From: a virus
DNA length: 64,000 bases
Direction: 5' to 3' (one strand)
IMG/VR virus record: IMGVR_UViG_3300045988_124546
A program made the translations under genes and the position numbers. This document shows, piece after piece, positions 37,338 to 46,935 of the stretch. Position 1 is the stretch's first letter. The number at the start of each line of letters is the position of its first letter. A model generated the notes under the pieces. That model worked only from the letters and a program-made list of their open reading frames with translations, made no database searches and had not been told where the DNA came from.

Positions 37338-37403
37338 AAATATGTATCGTATTATACCTATACAAATATACTGTGTTAAATTTTATTATTGTATTTTTTT
37401 ATA

Positions 37404-37766
37404 CTATGCGCCTATGGCTGCCTCTAAATTTCCTATAATATCAGTTTCTATCTCATCGATTTTATCATCAATGGTTGAAACCGCATTCTCTAAATCCCCT
37501 ACAATACTTTCCATATCATCAACAACCGCCTCCATATTAGCTACAGCCTCATCTGATTGATAATATCTTTCTGTATCTTGTAACGGCTCCGGCGTATTGT
37601 CTCTTGCTTCTGTCTCCTCGTCTAAAATCATATCAACATCATCCTTGGCTGAATCCAGATTATGCCTGACCTCTGACAGCTTTGATTTGATAAACTCAAG
37701 ATCTGTTTTATGCTTTTCCAAATTGGAAATAATATCCTCTATTTTCTTACGTCTTTTGCTGTTCAT
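37404..37766 (-). CDS. Acidic coiled-coil protein (120 aa)
   Basis: ORF, highly acidic (D/E-rich). Confidence 0.5.
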   Translation of the reverse strand: MNSKRRKKIEDIISNLEKHKTDLEFIKSKLSEVRHNLDSAKDDVDMILDEETEARDNTPEPLQDTERYYQSDEAVANMEAVVDDMESIVGDLENAVSTIDDKIDEIETDIIGNLEAAIGA

Positions 37767-39184
37767 GCTTTTATCCTATTATAATATTCGATAATCTTTT
37801 CTTTCCTATCTCCCGGTTTTACTGCCATATTCTCAGCCAAGAACCTAAAATACGACACCGGTATGTCTTTGAATCTAATTCCTTCATATTTTCCAAACCA
37901 CATTATTATGCTGTCAAGATCGTCCTCTCTCCTACCATCTCCATTTACGGATTTAAGCGAGGCTGCCCGGCGAAGGATTTCGTCTTTGGTAATAATATCA
38001 CCCATCCTTATATTGGACAGAAGTTGATCGCCGGCAAACATACACCATCCCTTAGAAGGAAATTGTTCGATCGTTAAATCTTCTATCCGGCCGAAACGCC
38101 TCATGTTGTCGCAGCAATCAACTATCAGCGCCTCTTTCTTGTCAGGATGGATGCGGACGGCTCGACCTACAATTTGGTAAAATACTGAATATGAGAACGT
38201 TGGTCGTCCAAACATCACACAATCAAGTTCAGGAAAATCAAATCCGGTAGCAAGCGTTGAATAATTAAACACGACCTTTAACTTACCTTCTTTGAAATCG
38301 GATATGATTTGCTCTCTTTTCTTTTTGGTTGTTAGCGATGTTACGACACCTGTTATGGCTCCCATCCTGGCATTCATGAACTCGGATATTCTATTACATG
38401 ATTCGATAGAATCCATGCAAACCAAAATGGCCTTACGCTCGTTCATAAGCTGAAGAAGACGCTTATAGATAGAGTTGTTTAAGCCGTTTCGTACAATGCT
38501 TTCTTTGATAGATTCGTTGGTGTATTCGGCTCCGGTACTGTTTAACATCAGAGCCGATTCATCAAACGACCATCGTTCGTACTTAAGTGGACACCAAAAA
38601 CCTTGAGAAGTTAGCTCTTGTATTTGTATTACATGAACTATTTTCTTGAAGAAGTTATGTTCGTCTTTCGTCAGCATATTAAGTTTGCTGTAGTTTCCTT
38701 CCAGCATGGAGCTGTAGGTCCGGAGGCGGCAGGGCGTGGCGGTGAAGCCCAGCACCTTCGCCTCGGGAAACTCGCTCATAAACTCCATAAATTCAGAACC
38801 TTCCTCAGGGGAATACCCCGAGTGGCATTCGTCCACCAATAAGGTGTCTATCCCTATATCTTTCAACCTTGCTACGTCTTTCTTTATGCTTTTAAGTGTA
38901 GCATAAGTCATAGCCGATAATTCCTTTACGCCACATGAGGCAGAGTATATGGTAGGTTTAGCTCCAAATGATATGGCTTTCGCATAATTCTGTTCCAGAA
39001 TCTCTTTTGATGGCTGCAATACTAACGTCGGTCTATTTATCTCATGCGCTATCTTGGATATCAGAAGGCTCTTACCTGCTCCGCATGGGGCCACTATTAT
39101 GCCAGGCTTCTTAGATTTTCCTGTAAGAAACTTAAGCCCGGCATCTACGGCCTCTTTTTGGTAAGGTCTAAGTTCAAAGCCCAT
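37763..39184 (-). CDS. Superfamily 2 DEAD/DEAH-box DNA helicase (type III restriction res-subunit-like)
   Basis: Walker A VAPCGAGKSLLISK; motif II LLVDECHSG; motif III GFTATP; motif VI QIVGRAVR. Confidence 0.85.
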   Translation of the reverse strand: MGFELRPYQKEAVDAGLKFLTGKSKKPGIIVAPCGAGKSLLISKIAHEINRPTLVLQPSKEILEQNYAKAISFGAKPTIYSASCGVKELSAMTYATLKSIKKDVARLKDIGIDTLLVDECHSGYSPEEGSEFMEFMSEFPEAKVLGFTATPCRLRTYSSMLEGNYSKLNMLTKDEHNFFKKIVHVIQIQELTSQGFWCPLKYERWSFDESALMLNSTGAEYTNESIKESIVRNGLNNSIYKRLLQLMNERKAILVCMDSIESCNRISEFMNARMGAITGVVTSLTTKKKREQIISDFKEGKLKVVFNYSTLATGFDFPELDCVMFGRPTFSYSVFYQIVGRAVRIHPDKKEALIVDCCDNMRRFGRIEDLTIEQFPSKGWCMFAGDQLLSNIRMGDIITKDEILRRAASLKSVNGDGRREDDLDSIIMWFGKYEGIRFKDIPVSYFRFLAENMAVKPGDRKEKIIEYYNRIKA

Positions 39185-39560
39185 CGCAATCTATTTTACT
39201 GTTTTTTGAAAGTTCTATTATCGCCTCCTTTAGCATTTCTCTCGCTTTATTCTCATTATCTTCAAACAGGCATACACTGCATGTAGCACCTTTGGAGGGG
39301 TAGTCTCTGTAGGCTTCTGCTCTTTCTACAACGTACTCACAACAATAGTCGTGACTCATGTCTTTTGCTATACTTATAAAATGATCTTCTCCATCCATCA
39401 ACACGCAATATTCAGCATCGTTTTCGCATGCAATAACACCTTTGTTTTTTAAAATGGATAGCACTTTGTTTCCAAAAAGTCCAATATAGACCCATATATC
39501 TTTCCCTGCATTTTTGTAAAAAATACCCATCCCTTCTTTGATTGTGACTTTCTTTTCCAT
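39174..39560 (-). CDS. Hypothetical protein (128 aa)
   Basis: ORF. Confidence 0.5.
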   Translation of the reverse strand: MEKKVTIKEGMGIFYKNAGKDIWVYIGLFGNKVLSILKNKGVIACENDAEYCVLMDGEDHFISIAKDMSHDYCCEYVVERAEAYRDYPSKGATCSVCLFEDNENKAREMLKEAIIELSKNSKIDCDGL

Positions 39561-39566
39561 AACCCC

Positions 39567-39917
39567 TTATTTTATATCAGTAATTAAAACATATCTTTTA
39601 ACAATGTCTTCAAGACTCACAGAAGAACGTATATATAGTTTTTCTTCGTACTCATATAGAGCGTACCCTTCTTTTATGTCTAATATCTTAATCACATGCT
39701 TGCCTCTTTCAAATGGATCCTCAAAGTAGCTCTTATGTTCGTATCTTTGACCTACTTTGATTTTGTCAGTTTTCTTCTTCATCTTATAACGATCTACTGC
39801 TCTACCTGTTTTTATGAAAGCTGTCGTGAGTAAGTATAATAAAACTAAATACAAAAGGATCGCTACTCCACATATTAGATCTTCTTTCATTACACTCCTT
39901 TTAAATAGTTGAACCAT
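39567..39917 (-). CDS. Hypothetical protein with N-terminal TM helix (116 aa)
   Basis: Hydrophobic segment ICGVAILLYLVLLYLLTTAFI. Confidence 0.5.
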   Translation of the reverse strand: MVQLFKRSVMKEDLICGVAILLYLVLLYLLTTAFIKTGRAVDRYKMKKKTDKIKVGQRYEHKSYFEDPFERGKHVIKILDIKEGYALYEYEEKLYIRSSVSLEDIVKRYVLITDIK

Positions 39918-40056
39918 ATATCCTCCAGCTTCTCCTGAAGCTCAAACGCTTTCTTGAAATTCCCGCATCTTACAGCAACATCTCTCATGTATTCTACGTT
40001 TATAACTTCCGGATCTTGCCGGTATTTTGTTCTTAACTTTTGAACATCCTCGTATT

Positions 40057-41076
40057 TCATCGTTTTATCTTTTTAGACGGATCCCAATCCGAAGAGAAAG
40101 GGCATTCGTTTTTGTTATGTAATCCAAAGTCACAATAATAACACAGTGCTGACGGGCAGGGCAGCCTGTTTTGCGGAACAGGCTGACTTAGGGTGGCGCG
40201 CCGCTTGCTATACCTGGCTCCTTCTGCTCCCTGGATGTACGCTTGAAATGATTTTACACTATTATCTTCAAAATCATACATTTTAGATAAAGTGTCATTT
40301 AGCATCTCTATAGATTTTGTTTTACGTTCCTCATCCACTTTAACCTTTTGGTATTGTCTGGTCCTGGTAAAGAAATAGATGTTCATATCTGGCAGAACTC
40401 CACCATATTTTCTATAGATGTAAAACGAATATATAGGATGCTGTAAATTCGTTTCCAACTTCTTAGAATCAAAAACCTTATTACCTGATTTCCAATCTAT
40501 GACATAATGGTGAACTACGTTCTTGCTCTTTATAGCCAGATGAAGATCTACCGATCCTACTATGTACACATGTGTATGAACGTCACCATTTATATCAACA
40601 GGCTTAGGAAGACGGTACGGCAGCACAAAATCTTCTTCGACTCCAACTATGGCGCCGTGTCTGATAAGTTTCTCGCAGGGATTAAGATCACTATCAGCTA
40701 TCATAAACCTATTCCCGTCTTTTTTGAACAGATCCACAATCCAAGCAAGAAGTTCCCCAGATTGCTTCATGGCTATCATCATATTTTCCGGTGATTGCCA
40801 AGGTATGTCCTCCTGGTAAGCATAGTAACTTATTGCTTCTCCAAGGTCTTTACCAGAAGGCTGTCTTCCGTTCTTAAAGAAGTATTCCAGTGTCTTATGG
40901 ATAACCGTACCATAGGATGTAGCTTCTTGTTTTTCCGTAGACCTTTTGCCCTCCACGTAAGTCTTATACCATTTCATTGGACAGGTAAGAAACGTATCTA
41001 TCTGGGAATAAGATATGGCAAGACGTTTTACACCATTAAACTCCTTATATAGCAAATGCGTTTCCGGGACCATCAT
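40057..41076 (-). CDS. Cas4-like PD-(D/E)XK exonuclease with 4Fe-4S-type Cys cluster
   Basis: N-terminal TCPMKWY motif, central VIDWKSGNK (D-x-K), C-terminal CPSALCYYCDFGLHNKNECPF cysteine cluster, as in Cas4/RecB-family nucleases. Confidence 0.6.
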   Translation of the reverse strand: MMVPETHLLYKEFNGVKRLAISYSQIDTFLTCPMKWYKTYVEGKRSTEKQEATSYGTVIHKTLEYFFKNGRQPSGKDLGEAISYYAYQEDIPWQSPENMMIAMKQSGELLAWIVDLFKKDGNRFMIADSDLNPCEKLIRHGAIVGVEEDFVLPYRLPKPVDINGDVHTHVYIVGSVDLHLAIKSKNVVHHYVIDWKSGNKVFDSKKLETNLQHPIYSFYIYRKYGGVLPDMNIYFFTRTRQYQKVKVDEERKTKSIEMLNDTLSKMYDFEDNSVKSFQAYIQGAEGARYSKRRATLSQPVPQNRLPCPSALCYYCDFGLHNKNECPFSSDWDPSKKIKR

Positions 41077-41432
41077 AAGTCATTGTCTTTAAATCCTTCC
41101 GGGTAATATACGACATACTTCTTACCGTCTTCTGGTGTCATGGCAAACTGCATGTAGTTATTACGATTACGATGCTTGCCATCTAATCCTCGCTTCCAAT
41201 ACAGAATCCCGTCTATCTCCACATAAGACCGTCCGCGTTCGGCTCTAACTACGTCCGTGTGTAGCAGATACCCGTCGGAAGACACGATCCATACTTTATC
41301 ACCTTTGTTTAAATAAGATATTCTTTTTCTTACAACAACCTTTTTCTTATTATCCAATACAAATTCCTCATCAGTCATACTCTTCATCCTCCTCTTCTTC
41401 TGTTTCAAAATCAATTCCATAACACTGATCAT
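41073..41432 (-). CDS. Hypothetical protein (119 aa)
   Basis: ORF. Confidence 0.5.
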   Translation of the reverse strand: MISVMELILKQKKRRMKSMTDEEFVLDNKKKVVVRKRISYLNKGDKVWIVSSDGYLLHTDVVRAERGRSYVEIDGILYWKRGLDGKHRNRNNYMQFAMTPEDGKKYVVYYPEGFKDNDL

Positions 41433-41595
41433 AATGCTTGGTCAGTTCTTCTGGTTCTAAATCTTGTCCAAAATCCATGTTAAAAATATCGTAATTAGTA
41501 AAGCACTTAAAAGCACTGTTTCCGCCGGCAGGAAATCTATGAATGCTGCTTTTATTTCTTCAATTAGGCCCAAGTGTAACCTTGGGCCATTGTAT

Positions 41596-43272
41596 TTATT
41601 TTTTGTCATCTCCCTTTAACTTCTTTAAAGTATCTGCAATCGGAAGCTGATCAATGACTCCCAATGCCGGAGCGACGGTCTTGACAACATTGTTAAGGAA
41701 ATTACCGGTACTGTTCTGACCGCCGTCAAATACCGTGATATTTCCGAGGTTAATGTGCTCAAATGCCTTAACCTGTTCTCCGGCAATTTCTTTCCACTGA
41801 TTAACCATCTTGTACTGGATGGCGATCTGAGGATTGGATTCTGCTGCTTCCACCATAGCCTTAAATCCGTCGGCTTCTGCCATCAACGATTTTTTCTTAC
41901 CTTCGGCTTCTGCCTCCAGCTTCATCTGAATAGCTTTTGCCTCCGCCTCAGCTTTTGCCAAATGTGCTGCTGCCTCTGCCTCAGCCCGGCGTTTGATCTT
42001 CTCTGCCTCAGCATCAGCTTGCAAGATAGCCTCTTCCTTCTGGGTTTCAGCCGGCACAATCTTTTCAGCCTTAAGCGCAGCCTGAACTTTCTTAGCCTTA
42101 GCTTCTTCTGCCGTTTTTACAGCCGCTTCCGATTTAACTTTTTCTTCTCCGGCCTTCTTCTCTGATTGAGCTTTGATGATCTGTAATTCTGATACCGATA
42201 CAGCAACCTCCTTCTGGGCATTGTTGTATCCTATAGACGCATTTTTCTCAGCCTCAGCCTTCTTAATCTGAGCTTCAGAGTCTTGTATTGCTATAGCTGC
42301 TTCCTTGTCAGCTTCAGCCTTATTTTTTCCGACTTCTTCCATCCTTTCAGCCTCGGCTTTATTTACTTCAAGTTCTGCCTTAGATCTTACAATCGCCGAT
42401 TCCTTGTCGGTTAAAGTTTTTGCGATAACCGCAGCCCTGTCTCTATCTGCTTGAGCTACGCCGATCTGTTTCTCTTTATCGGTTAAAGCCAAGGCTATTT
42501 CTTTTTCTTTCTTCGTTTCAGCTACTATCGTTTCCTTTTCTTTTTCAGTACAAGCAATTTGAATCTCTTGTTCTTTTTTGGTATTAGCCACAGCCGTTTC
42601 TTTCTCCTTCTGCTGTACAGCAATCTTAATAGCACCCAGCTTCTCCTGTTCTTCAATATTAGCCTGTGCCTCGTTCAGAGCCCTACTTTCAGCTTCCTTA
42701 CCAAGGTTCATAATATAACCGGCTTCGTCTCTGATGTCACTGATGTTGATGTTCAGGAGGTAAAGACCTAACTTGTTAAGTTCGTTATCAATGTTCTTTC
42801 TTGCCTTATCCAAAAACTCATCCCTGTCAGAATTAAGTTTTTCGATTGTCATTTCAGCAATAATCAAACGCATCTGACCGTAAACGATGTCCGTAATAAG
42901 ATTTTCAGTAGATTCGGTATCCATCCCCAAAAGTCTTTCTGCCGCATTTTGCATGATTTCTGGATTTGTACTGATAGCTACTGTAATAGTCGTAGGTACA
43001 TCTACTCTAATATTCTGAGATGACAAAGCACCGGTAAGCTTGCAATCTATTTGCATAGGCTCCATTGACAAAACATCATAGCTTTGAATAATAGGCAAGA
43101 CAAATGCCGCTCCACCATGATATAATTTCGCCGATTTCTTTTCCCCACCTGTCTTACCATAAACGACCAAGACCTGATTAGGCTTACATCTACGATACCT
43201 TGATAAGACTCCGATGATTGTCAAAATAATCACTACAGCTAAGATAGCTGACACGTACATGATTGTTGTCAT
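41596..43272 (-). CDS. Flotillin-like SPFH/band-7 domain protein (N-terminal TM, SPFH domain, long Glu/Ala-rich flotillin coiled-coil repeats)
   Basis: N-terminal hydrophobic helix; SPFH core (VLVVYGK...GGAAFVLPIIQSYDVL...); about 250 aa of AEAEAK/EKE repeats, as in bacterial FloT/YuaG. Confidence 0.8.
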   Translation of the reverse strand: MTTIMYVSAILAVVIILTIIGVLSRYRRCKPNQVLVVYGKTGGEKKSAKLYHGGAAFVLPIIQSYDVLSMEPMQIDCKLTGALSSQNIRVDVPTTITVAISTNPEIMQNAAERLLGMDTESTENLITDIVYGQMRLIIAEMTIEKLNSDRDEFLDKARKNIDNELNKLGLYLLNINISDIRDEAGYIMNLGKEAESRALNEAQANIEEQEKLGAIKIAVQQKEKETAVANTKKEQEIQIACTEKEKETIVAETKKEKEIALALTDKEKQIGVAQADRDRAAVIAKTLTDKESAIVRSKAELEVNKAEAERMEEVGKNKAEADKEAAIAIQDSEAQIKKAEAEKNASIGYNNAQKEVAVSVSELQIIKAQSEKKAGEEKVKSEAAVKTAEEAKAKKVQAALKAEKIVPAETQKEEAILQADAEAEKIKRRAEAEAAAHLAKAEAEAKAIQMKLEAEAEGKKKSLMAEADGFKAMVEAAESNPQIAIQYKMVNQWKEIAGEQVKAFEHINLGNITVFDGGQNSTGNFLNNVVKTVAPALGVIDQLPIADTLKKLKGDDKK

Positions 43273-43304
43273 AACTTTTAAAATTTAATTGTTGATAAAA
43301 AAAA

Positions 43305-43799
43305 TTAGATACTTAATTCTCCTTCTTCATATTTTATATTCGCCTTGTCGCCGTTTTTGTAGGTTTTCCCAGACAAGCATCTTACTCTCATTTGCTCTTG
43401 TCTTCCATTTTTCGAAATATTTACCATATAATGATTCTTCCCTGATCTAAACACTATCTCCACTTCTCTGCCATTTAAATCTTCCGGACATTCGTACACC
43501 ATTTCTTGCTTTAACTTAAGAAGTAACTTATATACGTAAAACAAAACGATAAAGAAAAACGACCCTATTACGACCCCTATTAAATGGGAACCCGAAAAGT
43601 ATGTGGTCCAGCTATATCCAAGAATAAAATGTGTTATGCCTTTGAATGATATGATGTCCGACAAAGACATGCTTAAATCAGAAGCGTTATCAATGTCAAT
43701 ATCCGTATCCAGATCAGATCCTAATATCGACAATAAAAACTGTATAACAAAAGCAAATGACGCTATTAAAGCCATGCATAAAATTATATCATTTCCCAT
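43305..43799 (-). CDS. NfeD-like membrane protein (N-terminal TM helices plus C-terminal OB-fold-like beta domain), partner of the downstream flotillin
   Basis: Hydrophobic N-terminal half. C-terminal NGREVEIVFRSGKNHYMVNISKNGRQEQMRVRCLSG resembles the NfeD short-form OB domain. Gene order NfeD then SPFH is the conserved operon arrangement. Confidence 0.5.
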   Translation of the reverse strand: MGNDIILCMALIASFAFVIQFLLSILGSDLDTDIDIDNASDLSMSLSDIISFKGITHFILGYSWTTYFSGSHLIGVVIGSFFFIVLFYVYKLLLKLKQEMVYECPEDLNGREVEIVFRSGKNHYMVNISKNGRQEQMRVRCLSGKTYKNGDKANIKYEEGELSI

Positions 43800-44040
43800 A
43801 TCCTTCTGTTATTATTTTGTAAACAAGATCAGTCATATCTTTGATGGATTCTGTATCATAATCAATAATAACGATATTGAATTTTTGTTCCACCATCGCA
43901 TCAAGCTCAATTCGATCAATAGAATCTAATCCAAGTTCTTTAAACGACACATCTTCTTCATGAACTATATCCATTTCCGAATTAAGAAACTGAGTAATAA
44001 TTATATCCTCTATTATCTTTCTAATTCTTACTTTTTCCAT
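43789..44040 (-). CDS. Acyl carrier protein-like carrier protein (83 aa) with phosphopantetheine-attachment Ser motif
   Basis: FKELGLDSIDRIELDAMVEQKFNIVI matches the ACP helix II motif (LGxDSLDxVEL...EEEF). Confidence 0.6.
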   Translation of the reverse strand: MEKVRIRKIIEDIIITQFLNSEMDIVHEEDVSFKELGLDSIDRIELDAMVEQKFNIVIIDYDTESIKDMTDLVYKIITEGYGK

Positions 44041-44741
44041 TGCTTTCTAATTTTGTTAAATAAATATGTTTTTATGTTTTTCAATCGTTCTTTGTCTGTT
44101 TCCGCACTTCCGGTAAACAAATAATCCGGATTGCCTTTAGCCGGCGGCGTAGGCAATTTAGATACGGCAAACAACCAATCCATTTCCTTATTCTTCTTAG
44201 ACTCCAAATAAGGCTCGGTAGCGATCTTAAATTTTTCAGCTATTAAGTCAAAGAGCTTTGAATTTTTAAGGTTCATATGGACTGAAAAAGCCTGAGAAGG
44301 CGGTTTCCATATGAAGTTACATAAGCTCATTGTATAATCTCCTGACTCTGCTATATAAGATTCCGTTACCTGAAGTATGACCTCTTTCTTGAATGAGGTG
44401 TTACCCATAAACCAACACAATCTGGATTCCGCTTCTTTTCTACTGACACCTATGTCTTTTGAATATGATTCGTACATTCCTATCATAATCTTCAACGTTT
44501 CCAGAACCTCGTCTGTCATTTCCGGTGTCTCTATATAATTTACAAAAGACGTTCCTTTGTTGGTTAATCTCATCACGCCTGATTTTAATTTCTCAACCAG
44601 GCCAAGCTCTATATACTTCCCAGCATCTTCTTCCGGCATGGCTTCGATCATAACCGAATCCTTCTGTCTTATGGCGAGAAGATTGGCAAGATCATTAGGA
44701 GTCATGTCTGATGCTGCAAGTTGTCTGAAATTGATGTACAT
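44028..44741 (-). CDS. Hypothetical protein (237 aa), first gene of the ACP/NfeD/flotillin operon
   Basis: ORF overlapping the downstream ACP-like gene by 13 nt. Confidence 0.6.
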   Translation of the reverse strand: MYINFRQLAASDMTPNDLANLLAIRQKDSVMIEAMPEEDAGKYIELGLVEKLKSGVMRLTNKGTSFVNYIETPEMTDEVLETLKIMIGMYESYSKDIGVSRKEAESRLCWFMGNTSFKKEVILQVTESYIAESGDYTMSLCNFIWKPPSQAFSVHMNLKNSKLFDLIAEKFKIATEPYLESKKNKEMDWLFAVSKLPTPPAKGNPDYLFTGSAETDKERLKNIKTYLFNKIRKQWKK

Positions 44742-44743
44742 TT

Positions 44744-44869
44744 TTAATCAGCTTTAATAAAAATAACATTCTTGTTATCTTGTCTATCGCATGTATCACC
44801 TTCCACACATTTTAATCTTACAAGTCCGGCATCAAACACTTCTCCTACTTTAAATTCCTTCTTTTCCAT
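44744..44869 (-). CDS. Unlisted small ORF (41 aa, MEKKEFKVGEVFDAGLVRLKCVEGDTCDRQDNKNVIFIKAD) with AAGGAGGG Shine-Dalgarno
   Basis: Found by eye in the 143-nt gap, below the 60-aa track threshold. SD 7 nt upstream of ATG. Confidence 0.25.
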   Translation of the reverse strand: MEKKEFKVGEVFDAGLVRLKCVEGDTCDRQDNKNVIFIKAD

Positions 44870-44884
44870 ATTCCCTCCTTGTTT

Positions 44885-45487
44885 TTAACTGTTGTACCCT
44901 TCTTTAATAATCGAATTTCTACCGGTAGATACCGACTGTCGAAGATCGTCATGTACAGAATCTACCGTAGAATACTTGTTTCTGGTTGTAAAAATCACTT
45001 CCAGCATCTCCTTGTAGTCACCTAAAGCTACTTCGTATCTCGGATCTACTTTGGCTTTTCTTTCAGCCTCAGCATTACTTTTAGCCAGCTCCCGGTCGAG
45101 GAGGTCTTCTTTGATTCGGTCAGCAATCATATCAAGTTCTTTTTTAATAACTTCTCCTGCTGCCCGAAGTTGACCTTCTACGTCACCAAGCTGGTCTTGG
45201 ACGGTACCTATTTCTTTCTTTAGGCGATCGTATTCGTTAATCATACCCATATCACCTGCATATCCAGAAAAGTCCTTGATTATTCTGGTTCCTTCTTTAA
45301 GAAGTTCAATAACTCGTCTTTTACGTTCTCTGCTTATTAAAGATGGAAGACGATAATTCATATCTGCCACCGCCTTATCATGTATGGAGTTGATTAAAAA
45401 CATCTCTCTTTCATCTCCTGCAAACTCAGTAAGAACCAAAAGGAACTTACTTATCAGGTATTCGTTTTCTTCTACTGTTAGTCTCAT
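44885..45487 (-). CDS. Hypothetical coiled-coil protein (200 aa)
   Basis: ORF directly downstream of the DnaB-like helicase; possible helicase-associated factor (speculative). Confidence 0.55.
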   Translation of the reverse strand: MRLTVEENEYLISKFLLVLTEFAGDEREMFLINSIHDKAVADMNYRLPSLISRERKRRVIELLKEGTRIIKDFSGYAGDMGMINEYDRLKKEIGTVQDQLGDVEGQLRAAGEVIKKELDMIADRIKEDLLDRELAKSNAEAERKAKVDPRYEVALGDYKEMLEVIFTTRNKYSTVDSVHDDLRQSVSTGRNSIIKEGYNS

Positions 45488-45502
45488 GGTTCTTATTTTT
45501 TT

Positions 45503-46636
45503 TTAATACAATGACTGTTCTTCTTTTGTCTCTTGTTCTTGTTCCTGATTGTCCGTAACGTCTTCCACAGTATAGAGCTTGGGCGGCGTCGGCGGCTGGT
45601 TGGGGTTCACGAACTTCGTCCCGCCCTCCCCGTACATCCATCCATGCCCCGGCAGGATCTCTGGGTGGATTGTATTAGTAAGCTCTTCCATACTAACTTG
45701 CCTTACCTTCAGTATATGATGAAATACCAGTCCGGCTGTCCTGAATGATGTTTTGTTTTCAGTTTTAAACCTATCAAGAGTCTGATACCAATCTTTCCCA
45801 AATATCATATACTTATCCAGCCCGTACCTACGAGGATTGTGCAAGCCTATCATTAACGTACATAACTGACCCAGCGTATCAGATTGGTAAAAATCAGAAA
45901 GACGCGGAGGCTGTTCTTGTGGGCTTTTTATCCTTCCTTCTATCTCTCTGTTGAATTGGGATATGATGAGGAAAAATATGTTTTTATATACTAATTTAGC
46001 CTCGTTCATAACCGCCACCAAATCATCTATAGCCGACTTAGGATCTAACCCCATTCTTTTTATCAAAGCAATATGATCGACTTTAAATATTATAAGACGT
46101 TTGTCTTTGTGTTTGGTAGCTATATGATACACAGCCGCCTCAAACTCTTTTACCGTACACGGAGCATCGATGTATATTATATTATTCCTGATTTCACCTT
46201 GAAGGATTTCAAACATCCTCATCTCTTCCACTGTATTAGAATCTTGCCTTCTTAATATTTCAGGAGCCCGCTTTTTCATATCCTGGCTCATTCTACGAAG
46301 AAGAAGATCTTGAGGATTCATTTCGAACTCGCAATTAACAAGAAAATAATCTTCTGCTTGCGGGTTGATCATCGGATTCATCACATTTTCCAATATCTTT
46401 TGGGCCACATACGATTTACCTACAGATGGCCGGGCTCCTATGGCAATAGCATGCTGAGGGAAAATACCTCCAAGCAAAGCCTCATCAATATAATCGTATC
46501 CGGTTTTAGCGGGGATAAGCTCTCCCCGCCTGTATTTCAAGATATTCTCATACGCCTCTTCCATAACCTGTTTAGAGGTCTTGAATATCCTTCTTATATC
46601 TATCCTATTTGCTATCTCCTCTTGCATTTTTGTCAC
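45503..46636 (-). CDS. DnaB-family replicative DNA helicase (RecA-fold C-terminal domain)
   Basis: YIDEALLGGIFPQHAIAIGARPSVGKSYVAQKI matches the DnaB pattern LD..tGGl..g.L.iiaaRPsmGKT. Confidence 0.7.
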   Translation of the reverse strand: MTKMQEEIANRIDIRRIFKTSKQVMEEAYENILKYRRGELIPAKTGYDYIDEALLGGIFPQHAIAIGARPSVGKSYVAQKILENVMNPMINPQAEDYFLVNCEFEMNPQDLLLRRMSQDMKKRAPEILRRQDSNTVEEMRMFEILQGEIRNNIIYIDAPCTVKEFEAAVYHIATKHKDKRLIIFKVDHIALIKRMGLDPKSAIDDLVAVMNEAKLVYKNIFFLIISQFNREIEGRIKSPQEQPPRLSDFYQSDTLGQLCTLMIGLHNPRRYGLDKYMIFGKDWYQTLDRFKTENKTSFRTAGLVFHHILKVRQVSMEELTNTIHPEILPGHGWMYGEGGTKFVNPNQPPTPPKLYTVEDVTDNQEQEQETKEEQSLY

Positions 46637-46883
46637 CTTTCGTATCCGATTTGGATCCCCTATTAGCTTTTACTGATTTATACCTAAGACCGTTCTTGGT
46701 ATGAGAACAATCCTTACCTTTCCTCCAACCCTTGCCCTTCTTCTTGTCCGTTTCGTAATTTTTACGACCAAGCTCTCGGCGTTTGGCTTTCTGTTCCGGT
46801 CTGGCATTTATCTCCTTGTCCTTTTTAGCCTTTTTCTTCCTGGCTTCGGGATGAGTCCTGTAGTACTCTGTTGATCTGCCCAT
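46605..46883 (-). CDS. Small Lys/Arg-rich basic protein (92 aa), probably nucleic-acid binding
   Basis: Composition (KKKAKKDKE..., KRRELGRKNYETDKKKGKGWRKGK). Confidence 0.45.
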   Translation of the reverse strand: MGRSTEYYRTHPEARKKKAKKDKEINARPEQKAKRRELGRKNYETDKKKGKGWRKGKDCSHTKNGLRYKSVKANRGSKSDTKGDKNARGDSK

Positions 46884-46935
46884 GTGCTTATATTTTTTTT
46901 GATTAATAATAGCACAAAGATAGGCAATTCGCGCC

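Noticed and set aside
41755-42165. 136-aa plus-strand ORF
   Set aside because: Antisense to the Glu/Ala-repeat region of the flotillin-like gene. Low-complexity mirror (Leu/Phe/Ser/Cys runs).
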